Positions 48,833 through 59,716 of a stretch of DNA of 64,000 bases are shown here, in pieces. Source of the stretch: an uncultured Chloroflexia bacterium (GTDB lineage: Bacteria; Chloroflexota; Limnocylindria; Limnocylindrales; CSP1-4); NCBI GenBank assembly GCA_963707215.1, contig CAVPPB010000001.1, positions 256,001 to 320,000 of the forward strand, given 5' to 3'. A model generated the notes under the pieces. It was not told the origin of the DNA. It did no database searches and saw nothing but the letters and a program-made list of their open reading frames with translations. A program made the position numbers and the translations under genes. The stretch's first letter is position 1; every line of letters starts with the position of its first letter.

Positions 48833-51148
48833 GTGGCCGAGCCGACGACCGTGGAGCTGACCTTCCGGAGCGATGCCCGCCCGGACCTGGTCCCCTTCCA
48901 CGAGGACCTCGGCAGCGTCAGCGGCTTCTCCTATGCCGGAGACCTGGCCAGCGAGCTCGCCGCCGGCTCCCTCGATGGTGGAGCGGCGCTCGCCCTCCTC
49001 GATGACATGCTGGCGATCCGCGAACTCGAGGAGATGATCGTCCGCCTGCGATCCGGGGGCTTCGACGCGCTGCCCGGGTTCGACTACCGTGGTCCGACCC
49101 ACGTCTCGATCGGCCAGGAGGGGACGGCCGTCGGCGCGATGGCGGCCCTCCGCCCGGACGACGACATCACGAGCTCGCATCGTGGCCACGGCGACGCCAT
49201 CGCCAAGGGCTTCGCCGCGATCCGCCGGATGTCCGACGACGAGCTCCGGGCGAGGATCCCCGGGACGACGGCCGGGACCCGGGCGGAGCTCCTGGAGGCC
49301 GCCCTCGAGGAACACGTCTATCGGACCGTCGCCGAGCTCTTCGGCAAGGAGGAGGGCTACTGCCGCGGGCGGGGTGGCGGCATGCACATCGGCGACTTCT
49401 CGACCGGCCATCTCGGCGCGAACGCCATCGTCGGGGGCAGCGTGCCCATCGCGACGGGCGCGGCGATGGCCCATCGCTACCACGGCAGCGAGCGGCTGGT
49501 CTGCTGCTTCGCGGGCGACGGCGCGTACGCCAACGGCGTCGTCCTCGAGTCGCTCAACTGGGCGACCCAGCAGCAGTGGACCAACCACTACGCGGGCGAC
49601 CGTCCATTCGGCCTGCCGATCATCTACCTGATCCAGAACAATCACTACGGGATGACCCACCGGACTGACGACGAGGTCATGGGCGTGCGTCACCTCGCCC
49701 GACGCGGAGCCGGCTTCGCCGAGGACGGCATGCACGCAGAGGTCGTCAACGGGATGGACGTCCTGGCCGTCCGGGACGCCGTCGCGCGTGCCGCCGAGCT
49801 GTGCCGCGAGGGACGCGGGCCGGTCCTCATCGAGGCGAGCACCTACCGCTACTACGGTCACTCGCTGTCGGACCCCCGCAACGAGTACCGGACCAGGGAC
49901 GAGGAGGCCGCCTGGCGGGCAGTGGACCCGATCGAGCGCCTCAAGGACCAGCTGGTGACGTCGGGAACCGCCGACGAGGCCGCCATCGAGGAGGTCGAGC
50001 GTGGCGCCCGTGAGCGCAATGCCCGGGCGGCGGTCCGAGCCTCGCAGGGCACCGACCCTGATCCGGCCGACCTGCTGCGCTACATGTACGCGGGCACGGT
50101 CGAGGCGCAGGTCCCGCCGGACGCCCGCCCCGTCGTCACCTTCGCCGAGCCGCCCACCTCCAAGCTCGATGCCGACGGCGCGATCACGTATCGCGATGCC
50201 ATCCGCGAGGCCCTCGTCGAGGAGATGACCCGCGACAGCCGGGTGATCCACTACGGCGAGGACATCGCCGACTACGGGGGCGCCTTCAAGCTGACCAAGG
50301 GGCTCCTGGAGTCGTTCGGGCGTCAGCGGGTCTTCAACACGCCGATCTCGGAGGCAGCGATCTGCGGGACGGCCGTGGGCGCCGCCATCGTCGGGCTCCG
50401 GCCCGTCGTTGAGCTCATGTACATGGACTTCGCCCTGATGGCCTCGGACCAGATCGCCAACCAGGCCGGCAAGTGGCACTTCATGAGCGGCGGCAATCTG
50501 ACGGTGCCGCTCGTGATCCGGGCGTCGGTCGGAGCCGGCAAGGGCTACGGCGGTCAGCACTCTCAGTCCCTGGAGAGCATCTTCACCCACGTCCCCGGCA
50601 TGGTCGTCGTCTACCCCGCGACCCCGGCCGACGCGAAGGGCTTGCTGAAGACCGCGGTCCGATCGGACGATCCGGTCATGTTCGTCGAGAGCCAGGGCCT
50701 CTACCCGACCAAGGGGGTCGTCCCGGAGGGCGAGCACCTGGTGCCCTTCGGACAGGCTCGGATCGCCCGCCAGGGCAGCGATGCCACGATCGTCGCCTGG
50801 GGTCCGGCGGTGCTCGACGCACTGACGGCCGCCGAGCACCTGGCCTCGGAGGACGGCGTCGAAGTCGAGGTCGTCGACCTCCGCAGCCTGGTGCCGCTGG
50901 ACATGGACACGGTGCTCGCGTCGGTACGCAAGACCGGCCGCTGCGTGGTGGCCAGCCAGGCCATCCTGATCGGCAGCTACGTGAACGAGATCGTCGCCCG
51001 GATCCAGATCGAGGCCTTCGACGACCTGGATGCGCCGGTGGGACGGATCGGAGCGGCCAACGGCATCTCGCCCCAGGCCGAGGGCCTGGAGCGGGCCTTC
51101 CTCCCGAACGCCGACGACATCGTCGCCGCCGTCCGCGAGCTGGGCTGA
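48833..51148 (+). CDS. Fused E1 alpha/beta ThDP-dependent dehydrogenase (acetoin/2-oxoacid dehydrogenase family)
   Basis: HVSIGQEG, SHRGHG, GRGGGMH, GDGA...NN, TYRYYGHS, NTPISE, QHSQS; GTG 48833 after AAGGAG. Confidence 0.9.
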   Translation: MAEPTTVELTFRSDARPDLVPFHEDLGSVSGFSYAGDLASELAAGSLDGGAALALLDDMLAIRELEEMIVRLRSGGFDALPGFDYRGPTHVSIGQEGTAVGAMAALRPDDDITSSHRGHGDAIAKGFAAIRRMSDDELRARIPGTTAGTRAELLEAALEEHVYRTVAELFGKEEGYCRGRGGGMHIGDFSTGHLGANAIVGGSVPIATGAAMAHRYHGSERLVCCFAGDGAYANGVVLESLNWATQQQWTNHYAGDRPFGLPIIYLIQNNHYGMTHRTDDEVMGVRHLARRGAGFAEDGMHAEVVNGMDVLAVRDAVARAAELCREGRGPVLIEASTYRYYGHSLSDPRNEYRTRDEEAAWRAVDPIERLKDQLVTSGTADEAAIEEVERGARERNARAAVRASQGTDPDPADLLRYMYAGTVEAQVPPDARPVVTFAEPPTSKLDADGAITYRDAIREALVEEMTRDSRVIHYGEDIADYGGAFKLTKGLLESFGRQRVFNTPISEAAICGTAVGAAIVGLRPVVELMYMDFALMASDQIANQAGKWHFMSGGNLTVPLVIRASVGAGKGYGGQHSQSLESIFTHVPGMVVVYPATPADAKGLLKTAVRSDDPVMFVESQGLYPTKGVVPEGEHLVPFGQARIARQGSDATIVAWGPAVLDALTAAEHLASEDGVEVEVVDLRSLVPLDMDTVLASVRKTGRCVVASQAILIGSYVNEIVARIQIEAFDDLDAPVGRIGAANGISPQAEGLERAFLPNADDIVAAVRELG

Positions 51149-51174
51149 CCGGTCAGCACGACGGAGGACGACCG

Positions 51175-52455
51175 ATGGCGCACCCCATCCTGATGCCGAA
51201 GCCCGGCCAGATGACCGAGGAGTGCGTGCTGACGGTCTGGCACAAGGCAGAGGGCGAGCCGGTCGCCAAGGGCGACATCCTGTTCGAGATCGAGACCGAC
51301 AAGTCGATCATGGACGTCGAGTCGTTCGAGCAGGGGGTCCTCCTCCGGCGGCTCGTCGACGAGGGCGCGACCGTGCCCGTCAACACGGTCTGCGGCTGGG
51401 TGGGCGAGCCCGGCGAAGCCGTGCCGGACGCTCCGCCACCGCCCGTCACGGCCGCGGCTGGAGCCGACGGGACGGCACGGGTCGGGACGAGCGCGGTCGA
51501 GGTGGCACCGAGTGTCGGCTCGTCGGGGCCCGCAGCTGCCGCGAAGCCCGAACCGGCGATCCGGCCAGACCAGGGCGAACGCCTCCGCATCAGCCCCCGG
51601 GCGACCCGGATGGCCGCCGAGGCCGGGCTCGACCCACGGTCGATCACCGGCAGCGGCCCGGGCGGCCGGATCGTCGAGCGCGACGTCGTCGCCGCCATCG
51701 GGACCGGATCCGTCGGGGCCGGCGCCCCTCCCCCGAGCCCGGAGGCCTTCCCCACGGTCGCCGGCGAGGAGCCGCCGCGGCCGCTGAGCCGGATGCGACG
51801 GGTCATCGCAGAGCGCCTGACGCTCAGCGCCACGACCATCCCGTCGTTCACCGTCACCGTGGCGGTCGACGTCAGCCGCCTCCAGGCGATCAGAGCCGAC
51901 CTCAAGTCGCGGGGCACCAGCCTCAGCGTCACCGACTTCGTGCTCCTCGCGACGGCCCAGGCGCTGGCCGACCATCCCGACGTCAACTCGCGGACCGACG
52001 GGACCCAGGTCTGGCCCCGTCGCCGGGTCCACCTCGGCGTGGCGGTCGCCCTCCCCGCCGGGCTGGTCGTCCCGGTGATCCGGGATGCCGACGTGCTGAC
52101 GCTCACCGAGATCCACGACCGGGCGGTCGAGCTCATCGAGCGGGCCCGTGACGGCACGCTGAGCCCCGACGAGATGAGCGGCAGCACGTTCACCGTCTCG
52201 AACCTGGGGATGCACGGTGTCGAGGAGTTCAGCGCCATCATCAACCCCGGCGAGTCCGGGATCCTGGCCGTCTCGAGCGCCGTTCCCTCGGCCGTGGTCG
52301 TGGGTGACGGCGTCGCCGTCCGCTCGATCATGAAGCTGACACTGACGGCCGATCACCGCCTGGTGGACGGCGAACTGGCGGCCCGGTTCCTCAATGCGGT
52401 CCGCAGCCGCCTGGAGGATCCGGGCACGCTGCGGCGGGTGACGGACGGGGCCTAG
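51175..52455 (+). CDS. Dihydrolipoamide acyltransferase E2
   Basis: Lipoyl motif ETDKS, E3-binding GSGPGGRI, TFTVSNLG, DHRLVDG. Confidence 0.92.
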   Translation: MAHPILMPKPGQMTEECVLTVWHKAEGEPVAKGDILFEIETDKSIMDVESFEQGVLLRRLVDEGATVPVNTVCGWVGEPGEAVPDAPPPPVTAAAGADGTARVGTSAVEVAPSVGSSGPAAAAKPEPAIRPDQGERLRISPRATRMAAEAGLDPRSITGSGPGGRIVERDVVAAIGTGSVGAGAPPPSPEAFPTVAGEEPPRPLSRMRRVIAERLTLSATTIPSFTVTVAVDVSRLQAIRADLKSRGTSLSVTDFVLLATAQALADHPDVNSRTDGTQVWPRRRVHLGVAVALPAGLVVPVIRDADVLTLTEIHDRAVELIERARDGTLSPDEMSGSTFTVSNLGMHGVEEFSAIINPGESGILAVSSAVPSAVVVGDGVAVRSIMKLTLTADHRLVDGELAARFLNAVRSRLEDPGTLRRVTDGA

Positions 52456-52520
52456 GCGAGGGGCGCGGTCCCAGCGGCGGCCCGAGGTCCCGCAGCGGTC
52501 GAGCTTGCTTCCTCGAGCCT

Positions 52521-53219
52521 TCAGCGACGCGCCAGCAGCCGGCCGACCAGGCCTGCCGTTCGGCGCACCAGGACGAGCATCAGCAGCGCGACGAGCGCCT
52601 GTCGCCAGATCCAGGCCGTCCCGCCTGGGTCGTCCGGCCCGGCGACGATCGGATCCCCGACCGGGCGGAGGCGGACCAGGGGGACCCAGCCGTAGGCCTC
52701 CAGGATCCGCTCATCCGGGTCGTGCCGGGGGTCGACGCCGCCGAGGGCCCCGGGGAGACCGACGGCCCGCACCAGGGCCGGCACGAGCCGGGCCCGGACC
52801 TCAGGATCCAGGACCTCCTCGGCGACCGCGGCGAACGTCCGTCCCGGCAGGGTGACCTCCACCCGCGGGTCCGCCTGGATGTTGCGGAACCACTGGGTCG
52901 CCGGCCCGAATCCTGCGCAGACCCACGGCGCTCCCTCGGCCACGAGGTAGCTCAGCGGGACATCGATGAGCCGCCCGCTCTTGCGCCCGCGGACCCGCAG
53001 CAGGAGCACGTACCCACCGATCGGCGTCGCAAACCACGCGCCGAGGCCGGCCCGCATGATCGGGATGGTGGACCAGCGATTCATCCGGAGGAACAGGTCG
53101 TGCATCCGGCGGCTCGCGTCCGTCGGCTCGGGCGCTGGCGAGAGCGGAGGGAACGGGACGGCTGACTCGACGGCCCGGTCGGCGGTCCGGTGGCTGGTCG
53201 TGGCGGTCGCGGTGTCCAT
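52521..53219 (-). CDS. Deazaflavin (F420)-dependent nitroreductase-family protein with C-terminal TM
   Basis: LLLRVRGRKSG, WFRNIQADPRV. Confidence 0.8.
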   Translation of the reverse strand: MDTATATTSHRTADRAVESAVPFPPLSPAPEPTDASRRMHDLFLRMNRWSTIPIMRAGLGAWFATPIGGYVLLLRVRGRKSGRLIDVPLSYLVAEGAPWVCAGFGPATQWFRNIQADPRVEVTLPGRTFAAVAEEVLDPEVRARLVPALVRAVGLPGALGGVDPRHDPDERILEAYGWVPLVRLRPVGDPIVAGPDDPGGTAWIWRQALVALLMLVLVRRTAGLVGRLLARR

Positions 53220-53394
53220 GTGGCGAGCGTGGAGCGGGGTGCCGGACCACCGCAAGGTCCGAATGGCGTGTCTCCGCCCCGGCGGGGGGACGCCTGCCCG
53301 ACCCCCGGCGGATGGCGCGAGCCTGCCCTCCGGACCTCCAGCGACCGCCGTTCGGCCCTGCGATGACCCGTCGCCGAAGCGCACCCTGACGCGG

Positions 53395-55671
53395 ATGGCA
53401 GCCGCGGCCGCGCTTCCCTCCCCCGATCTCGAGGCGATCCGACGGGTCGTCGACGCCGCCCGCGCGCAGGGGCGGACGTCCCTCCTCGAGCCCGAGGCGC
53501 TGGCGGTCCTGGAGGCGGCCGGGATCCCGGTCCCGGCCTGGCGGTTCGTGCCGGAAGGGGCGGCCGTCGGGCCGTCCGACCTGGCGGGTCTGCCCGGCGA
53601 CCGATGCGTCGTCCGGGCGGTGGCCCCGGACCTGGCCCACAAGACCGAGGTCGGCGGGGTGGCCATCGTCGACCGGGACGTCGCCGCGGTCGAGGAGGCC
53701 ATGGCGGCCATGGCGGGACGGATCGGCTCCGGGTTGGTCGGGTTCGTCATCGCCGCCTTCGTGGCCCACGACGCCGGGATCGGCGGCGAGCTCCTCGTGG
53801 CCCTGCGCTGGACCGACGACTTCGGCCCGATCGTGGCGGTGGGGGCTGGCGGGGTCGCCGCCGAGGCCCTGGCCGCCGACCTTCGACCGGGTCGCGACCT
53901 GGGCATCGTCGCGCCCGGGGTCACGCCGCCGGACGACGTCGCCGGGGCGCTGCGCGAGGCGACCGCCGCGCGTCTCGCCACGACGCCGCACCGGGGCGCT
54001 CCCGCCCGCCTGCCGGTCGACCGGCTCTTGGGCCTCGTCGAGCGCCTCGCCGTCCTCGGTGCCGCGCTCTCCCCGGCGGACGTCCTCGAGTGCGAGCTGA
54101 ACCCGGTCGCGGTGACGGACGCCGGCCCGGTGGCCCTCGACGTTCTCGTCACGCTCGGCGACGGCAGCGCTCCCGGGCGGGCTCCGCGGCCGATCGACCG
54201 GATCGCCAGGATCCTCGAGCCGGCCTCGATCGCCCTGATCGGCGTTTCGCGGGACATGAACCTGGGTCACACGATCCTCGACAACCTCGTCCGGGCCGGC
54301 TTCCCGCGCGACCGGATCGTCGTCGTCAAGCCCGGGGTCGACGAGCTCGACGGGACCCGCTGCGTCCCCGACATCGCCGCGCTGCCGGCGAAGGTGGACC
54401 TGTTCATCGTGGCCGTGTCCGCGGAGCAGGCTCCCGAGGTCGTCACCGAGGTGATCGAGCGCGGGCTCGCCGAGAGCTTCATCGTCATCCCTTCCGGCTT
54501 CGCCGAGACGGAGGCCGGGCGGATCCGAGCCCGCCGCCTGCGCGGCGCCATCGATGCCGCCCGGGCGAGCCCCGACGGCGGCCCGGTCCTCAACGGCGGC
54601 AACTGCCTCGGCGTGCGCTCCCATCCGGGACGGATCGACACCCTCTTCATCCCGGCCCGCAAGATGCCGCCCGGCGACCAGCCGGTGCCGCTCGCCCTCA
54701 TCACCGGCAGCGGGGCGTTCGCCGTCACCCGGCTGTCGCGGCTCGGCCGTCTCGAGCCCCGCTTCGTCATCACCATCGGCAACCAGATGGACCTCACCGC
54801 CGGTGACTACCTGACCTACCTGCTCGACGATCCCGAGGTCCGCGTCGTCGGCGTCTACCTGGAGGGCTTCGCGCCACTGGACGGCAGTCGCTTCCTGGAG
54901 GCGGCCCGGGCGTTCCGCGATTCGGGCCGGGCGGTCGTCCTCTACCGGGCCGGACGGACAGACGAGGGGGCCCGGGCATCGGCCAGCCATACGGCGTCGA
55001 TCGCCGGTGACGCGGCGGTCGCCCGGACGCTGGCCCGGCAGGCCGGCGTCGCCTGGGCCGAGACGCCCGGCGAGTTCGACGATCTGGTCCGGACCTTCCT
55101 CCTCCTCGACGGCCGCCCGGCCGCCGGCCGCCGCCTCGGCGCGGTCACGAACGCGGGCTCCGAGTGCGTGACCATCTCCGACCACCTGGGGTCCCTGGAG
55201 CTGGCCGACCTCTCGCCGGCCACCCGCCGACGACTCGAGGCGATCGTCGGGCCAACGGGCATCGAGGAAGTCGTGGACGTCCATCACCCCATCGACCTGA
55301 CCCCCATCGGCAACGGGCCGATCTACGAGGCTGTCGCAGGGACCCTCCTCGACGCCGCCGAGGTGGACATCGCCCTGGTCGGGATCGTGCCGGTCACCGA
55401 CACCCTGGAGACGCTGGCGGGCGGCCCTGGCACGGCCGGGAACGGTTCGGACGAGGACCCGGACGCCACCGATGCGGTCGCGCCGCGCCTGGTCCGGCTC
55501 TTCGGCCGGACCCGCAAGCCCTGGGTCGCCGTCGTGGACGCCGGGTCCCTCTACGACCCGTTCGTCCGGGTCCTGGAGGACGGCGGAATCCCGACCTTCA
55601 GCACGGCCGACGCTGCCCTGCGGGCCCTGGCGGCCTTCTGCGACGTGACGATCCGGCGATCCGCCGGTTGA
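53395..55671 (+). CDS. ADP-forming acyl-CoA ligase, ATP-grasp-first domain order
   Basis: HKTEVGGV and ELNP ATP-grasp, then CoA-binding domain, GGNCLG, phospho-His ASHTASIAG. Confidence 0.85.
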   Translation: MAAAAALPSPDLEAIRRVVDAARAQGRTSLLEPEALAVLEAAGIPVPAWRFVPEGAAVGPSDLAGLPGDRCVVRAVAPDLAHKTEVGGVAIVDRDVAAVEEAMAAMAGRIGSGLVGFVIAAFVAHDAGIGGELLVALRWTDDFGPIVAVGAGGVAAEALAADLRPGRDLGIVAPGVTPPDDVAGALREATAARLATTPHRGAPARLPVDRLLGLVERLAVLGAALSPADVLECELNPVAVTDAGPVALDVLVTLGDGSAPGRAPRPIDRIARILEPASIALIGVSRDMNLGHTILDNLVRAGFPRDRIVVVKPGVDELDGTRCVPDIAALPAKVDLFIVAVSAEQAPEVVTEVIERGLAESFIVIPSGFAETEAGRIRARRLRGAIDAARASPDGGPVLNGGNCLGVRSHPGRIDTLFIPARKMPPGDQPVPLALITGSGAFAVTRLSRLGRLEPRFVITIGNQMDLTAGDYLTYLLDDPEVRVVGVYLEGFAPLDGSRFLEAARAFRDSGRAVVLYRAGRTDEGARASASHTASIAGDAAVARTLARQAGVAWAETPGEFDDLVRTFLLLDGRPAAGRRLGAVTNAGSECVTISDHLGSLELADLSPATRRRLEAIVGPTGIEEVVDVHHPIDLTPIGNGPIYEAVAGTLLDAAEVDIALVGIVPVTDTLETLAGGPGTAGNGSDEDPDATDAVAPRLVRLFGRTRKPWVAVVDAGSLYDPFVRVLEDGGIPTFSTADAALRALAAFCDVTIRRSAG

Positions 55672-55698
55672 GGGCCACCGACCGGGCGAGCTTGCCGG

Positions 55699-57021
<1,323 letters not shown>

Positions 57022-57162
57022 CGATGGCTCTCCTTCGCGACGGCGTGACCGCCTCCGGTGGCGGACCACCAGTCTCTCACGGGGCGCCGGTCGGGGTCCG
57101 CAGCGAAGCCCGCGGGCCCGGTGCGACGCAGCCGCGACGCGGCCCGGCGACTACCCGACGGG

Positions 57163-57939
57163 TCAGGCCGGGACCGGTGCGGCGATGGGGTCGATCGACC
57201 CCTCGGCCCGTTCGACGCGATCGCGGATGCCGAGAAGCTGCCGGCGGACCATGAGGAACACGCCGAGACCGAGCATCGGGGCGCCAAGCCGGGTGCCCGG
57301 GCTGTCCTGGTCCATCGAGACCCGGAAGCGCTCGATCAGGCGGGTCCGGCCGCCCGGCAGCGGCTCGAGGACGAATGCCCAGGAGGCGTTGAAGTCGGGG
57401 CTGGTGGCAGTGTCGAGGAACGCTCCGGCGGCCTTGAGATTCGCCGGCATGGCCTCGCTGGAGCCGTCCGGCCCGGACGCGGCCTCCGCCCGGGTCCGGG
57501 CGTTCTCGGCCTGGGCACGGATCGTCTCCGGATCGATGGAGACGACGAGCGCGTTCTCCGGATCGACGGCCCGGACGACGAATTCGCCGTCGGGGTGCGT
57601 GGGCAGCAGGTCGCCGACCGCCAGCTCCTGGTGCTCCGGCAGGATCTCGCTGGCGCTCGTGCCCTTCATGTCGACGGCGTCGTAGCTGTACCACCCGCCT
57701 CGACCGTAGCCCATCTGGACCAGCCAGGGCCAGACCGCCGTCCGTGGGGCATCGATCGTGACGGCACGGGTGTCGACGATGTCGGGATCCGGGACGATCT
57801 CGTCGCCGGGCAGGGCCAAGGCGACTTCGTCCGGGTCGACGCCCCAGTTCCTCCACCAGGGCTCGATCCGCGCCTTGTAGGCGATGAGGGCGCCGGCCGC
57901 CGCAGCGCCGAGGATGATCAGGGGGGTGCGCAAACGCAT
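57163..57939 (-). CDS. SRPBCC-like protein
   Basis: TRAVTIDAP..VWPWLVQMGYGRGGWYSYD, MVRRQLLGIRDRVE; GGAGG RBS. Confidence 0.8.
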   Translation of the reverse strand: MRLRTPLIILGAAAAGALIAYKARIEPWWRNWGVDPDEVALALPGDEIVPDPDIVDTRAVTIDAPRTAVWPWLVQMGYGRGGWYSYDAVDMKGTSASEILPEHQELAVGDLLPTHPDGEFVVRAVDPENALVVSIDPETIRAQAENARTRAEAASGPDGSSEAMPANLKAAGAFLDTATSPDFNASWAFVLEPLPGGRTRLIERFRVSMDQDSPGTRLGAPMLGLGVFLMVRRQLLGIRDRVERAEGSIDPIAAPVPA

Positions 57940-58038
57940 GTGACTACCTCCAGCAGGCATCCTCCCGCGTCCGCATGCTCGGGAACAGGGCCGAGGGTCC
58001 CGGCGCGCGCCGTCACGCGGACCGACGTCGCTGCAGGA

Positions 58039-59211
58039 TCAGTGCCACATCATCTCGTACGGGTGCTCGCCGACGAGGCGTCGTCCCGCCGCAAACCGGT
58101 CCAGAGCGTAGGGCGCGAGGTCCACCGTCGACGACCGGCCGTCGAGGATGAGCTCCGCCAGGCTCAGTCCGACGGCCGGGGCGGTCTTGAACCCCGTGCC
58201 CGAGAAGCCACAGGCAAGGATGAAGCCGTCGGGACCTGCCGGGCCGAGGATGGGCCGCTGATCCGGGCTGATCCCGTCCTGGCCGCCGTGCGAGGTGCGG
58301 AACGTCCCGTCGGCCATCCAGGGGACCCGGGCGCAGACGGTGGCCACCATGTCGTCGAGGACCTCGCGCGTCGGCGGCTCCTGCGGTCGGTCGGGCGAGC
58401 CCCCGACGATGTTGCCCGTCTCCAGTCCGACGAGCATGAGGTCGCGACCCTCGGGCCGGAAGTAGACGCCGGCCGCGTGGTCGATGACGATCGGGAAGTC
58501 GGGTCCCTTGCCGGGCGGCAGCCCGAAGTAGGCGGTCTCGTGGCGCCAGGCCTCGACCGGAACGTCCAGGCCGACCGTGCGGGCCAGCTCGGCCGCCCAC
58601 GCGCCGGCGGCATCGACGACGACCGGCGCCTTGAACCGCCCCTGGGCCGTCTCGACTCCACGCACACGCTCGCCGTCGACGAGCACCGCCGTGACCTGGC
58701 TGCGCTGGATCAGCCGGGCACCGAGCCGGCGGGCCGCGGCGATGAACCCGGCTGCGGTGCCGGTCGGATCCGCGTATCCGGACTCGGGCTCGTAGGCAGC
58801 GGCGACGACGTCGTCGGTCACGATCCCCGGGAGCAGGTCGGCCACCTCGTCCGGCCCGATGACCGATGCCGGGACGCCGATCCGCTGGTGCATCGCGACG
58901 TTCGCCCGAAGGGCCTCCGTGGCGCCCGGCGCGACGAGCTGCACGAAGCCGGTGCGCACGAAGCCACAGTCGCCATCCCCCACCCGCTCGGCCCAGTCGC
59001 GGAAGTACGGGTACGACAGCCAGGCGAACCGGGATTCACTCTCGAGGTCGTAGTGCATCCGAACGAAGCCCGACGAGCGGCCGGTCGCCCCGGCAGCGAC
59101 CGACCCGCGCTCGAGCACGGTCACGGAGGCGCCGCGCACGGCGAGATGGAAGGCCAGGCTAGCCCCCTGGACCCCGGCCCCCACGATGATGACGTCCGCC
59201 GTTTCGCCCAT
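58039..59211 (-). CDS. FAD-dependent oxidoreductase (sarcosine oxidase beta/DadA-like)
   Basis: VGAGVQG, GATGRSSG, SPDQRPILG, GFSGTGFK. Confidence 0.9.
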   Translation of the reverse strand: MGETADVIIVGAGVQGASLAFHLAVRGASVTVLERGSVAAGATGRSSGFVRMHYDLESESRFAWLSYPYFRDWAERVGDGDCGFVRTGFVQLVAPGATEALRANVAMHQRIGVPASVIGPDEVADLLPGIVTDDVVAAAYEPESGYADPTGTAAGFIAAARRLGARLIQRSQVTAVLVDGERVRGVETAQGRFKAPVVVDAAGAWAAELARTVGLDVPVEAWRHETAYFGLPPGKGPDFPIVIDHAAGVYFRPEGRDLMLVGLETGNIVGGSPDRPQEPPTREVLDDMVATVCARVPWMADGTFRTSHGGQDGISPDQRPILGPAGPDGFILACGFSGTGFKTAPAVGLSLAELILDGRSSTVDLAPYALDRFAAGRRLVGEHPYEMMWH

Positions 59212-59421
59212 CGGTGACTCCCTGCGGTCGATGCATGCCGGATGATGCCGCATCGGGTCGGTCGCCGGGCGCCACCCACACCCGCGTGAGCGGTGCGTCG
59301 GACCCTCCCGACCGATCGTGACCAGCGACCCTAGGACCGAGCCGATCCCGACCCGATGCTCGGGAAGGTGAGGCCCGGACCGCGATACGTCACCGGGCCG
59401 GCGCGCCGAGGAGGTGAGCGC

Positions 59422-59625
59422 ATGGTCGCGAAGTCAGGTGACCGCATCATCGTCGAGTCCGAGAAGGTCGGGCAGCCCGCCCGCGAGGGCGACATCCTCG
59501 AGGTGATCGAAGCGTCGTATGGCACCCGGTACCGGGTCCGCTGGGATGACGGTCACGAGAGCACGATCCGGCCGAGCGCCGGCAGCGCGCGGTCGGTCCC
59601 GCGCAAGACGCGGCGACCGAAGTAG
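59422..59625 (+). CDS. DUF1918-like small protein
   Basis: GDRIIVES..VG...R.G.ILEV...YRVRWDDGHES; GAGGAGG RBS. Confidence 0.82.
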   Translation: MVAKSGDRIIVESEKVGQPAREGDILEVIEASYGTRYRVRWDDGHESTIRPSAGSARSVPRKTRRPK

Positions 59626-59716
59626 ACGCCATCGACGCTCGCGGATGGCCGGTGCCCATACGCACCACGCCCGGCGCTAGGCTGACGCCCTGCGCCACAC
59701 GATCGGAGGAAGCGAG

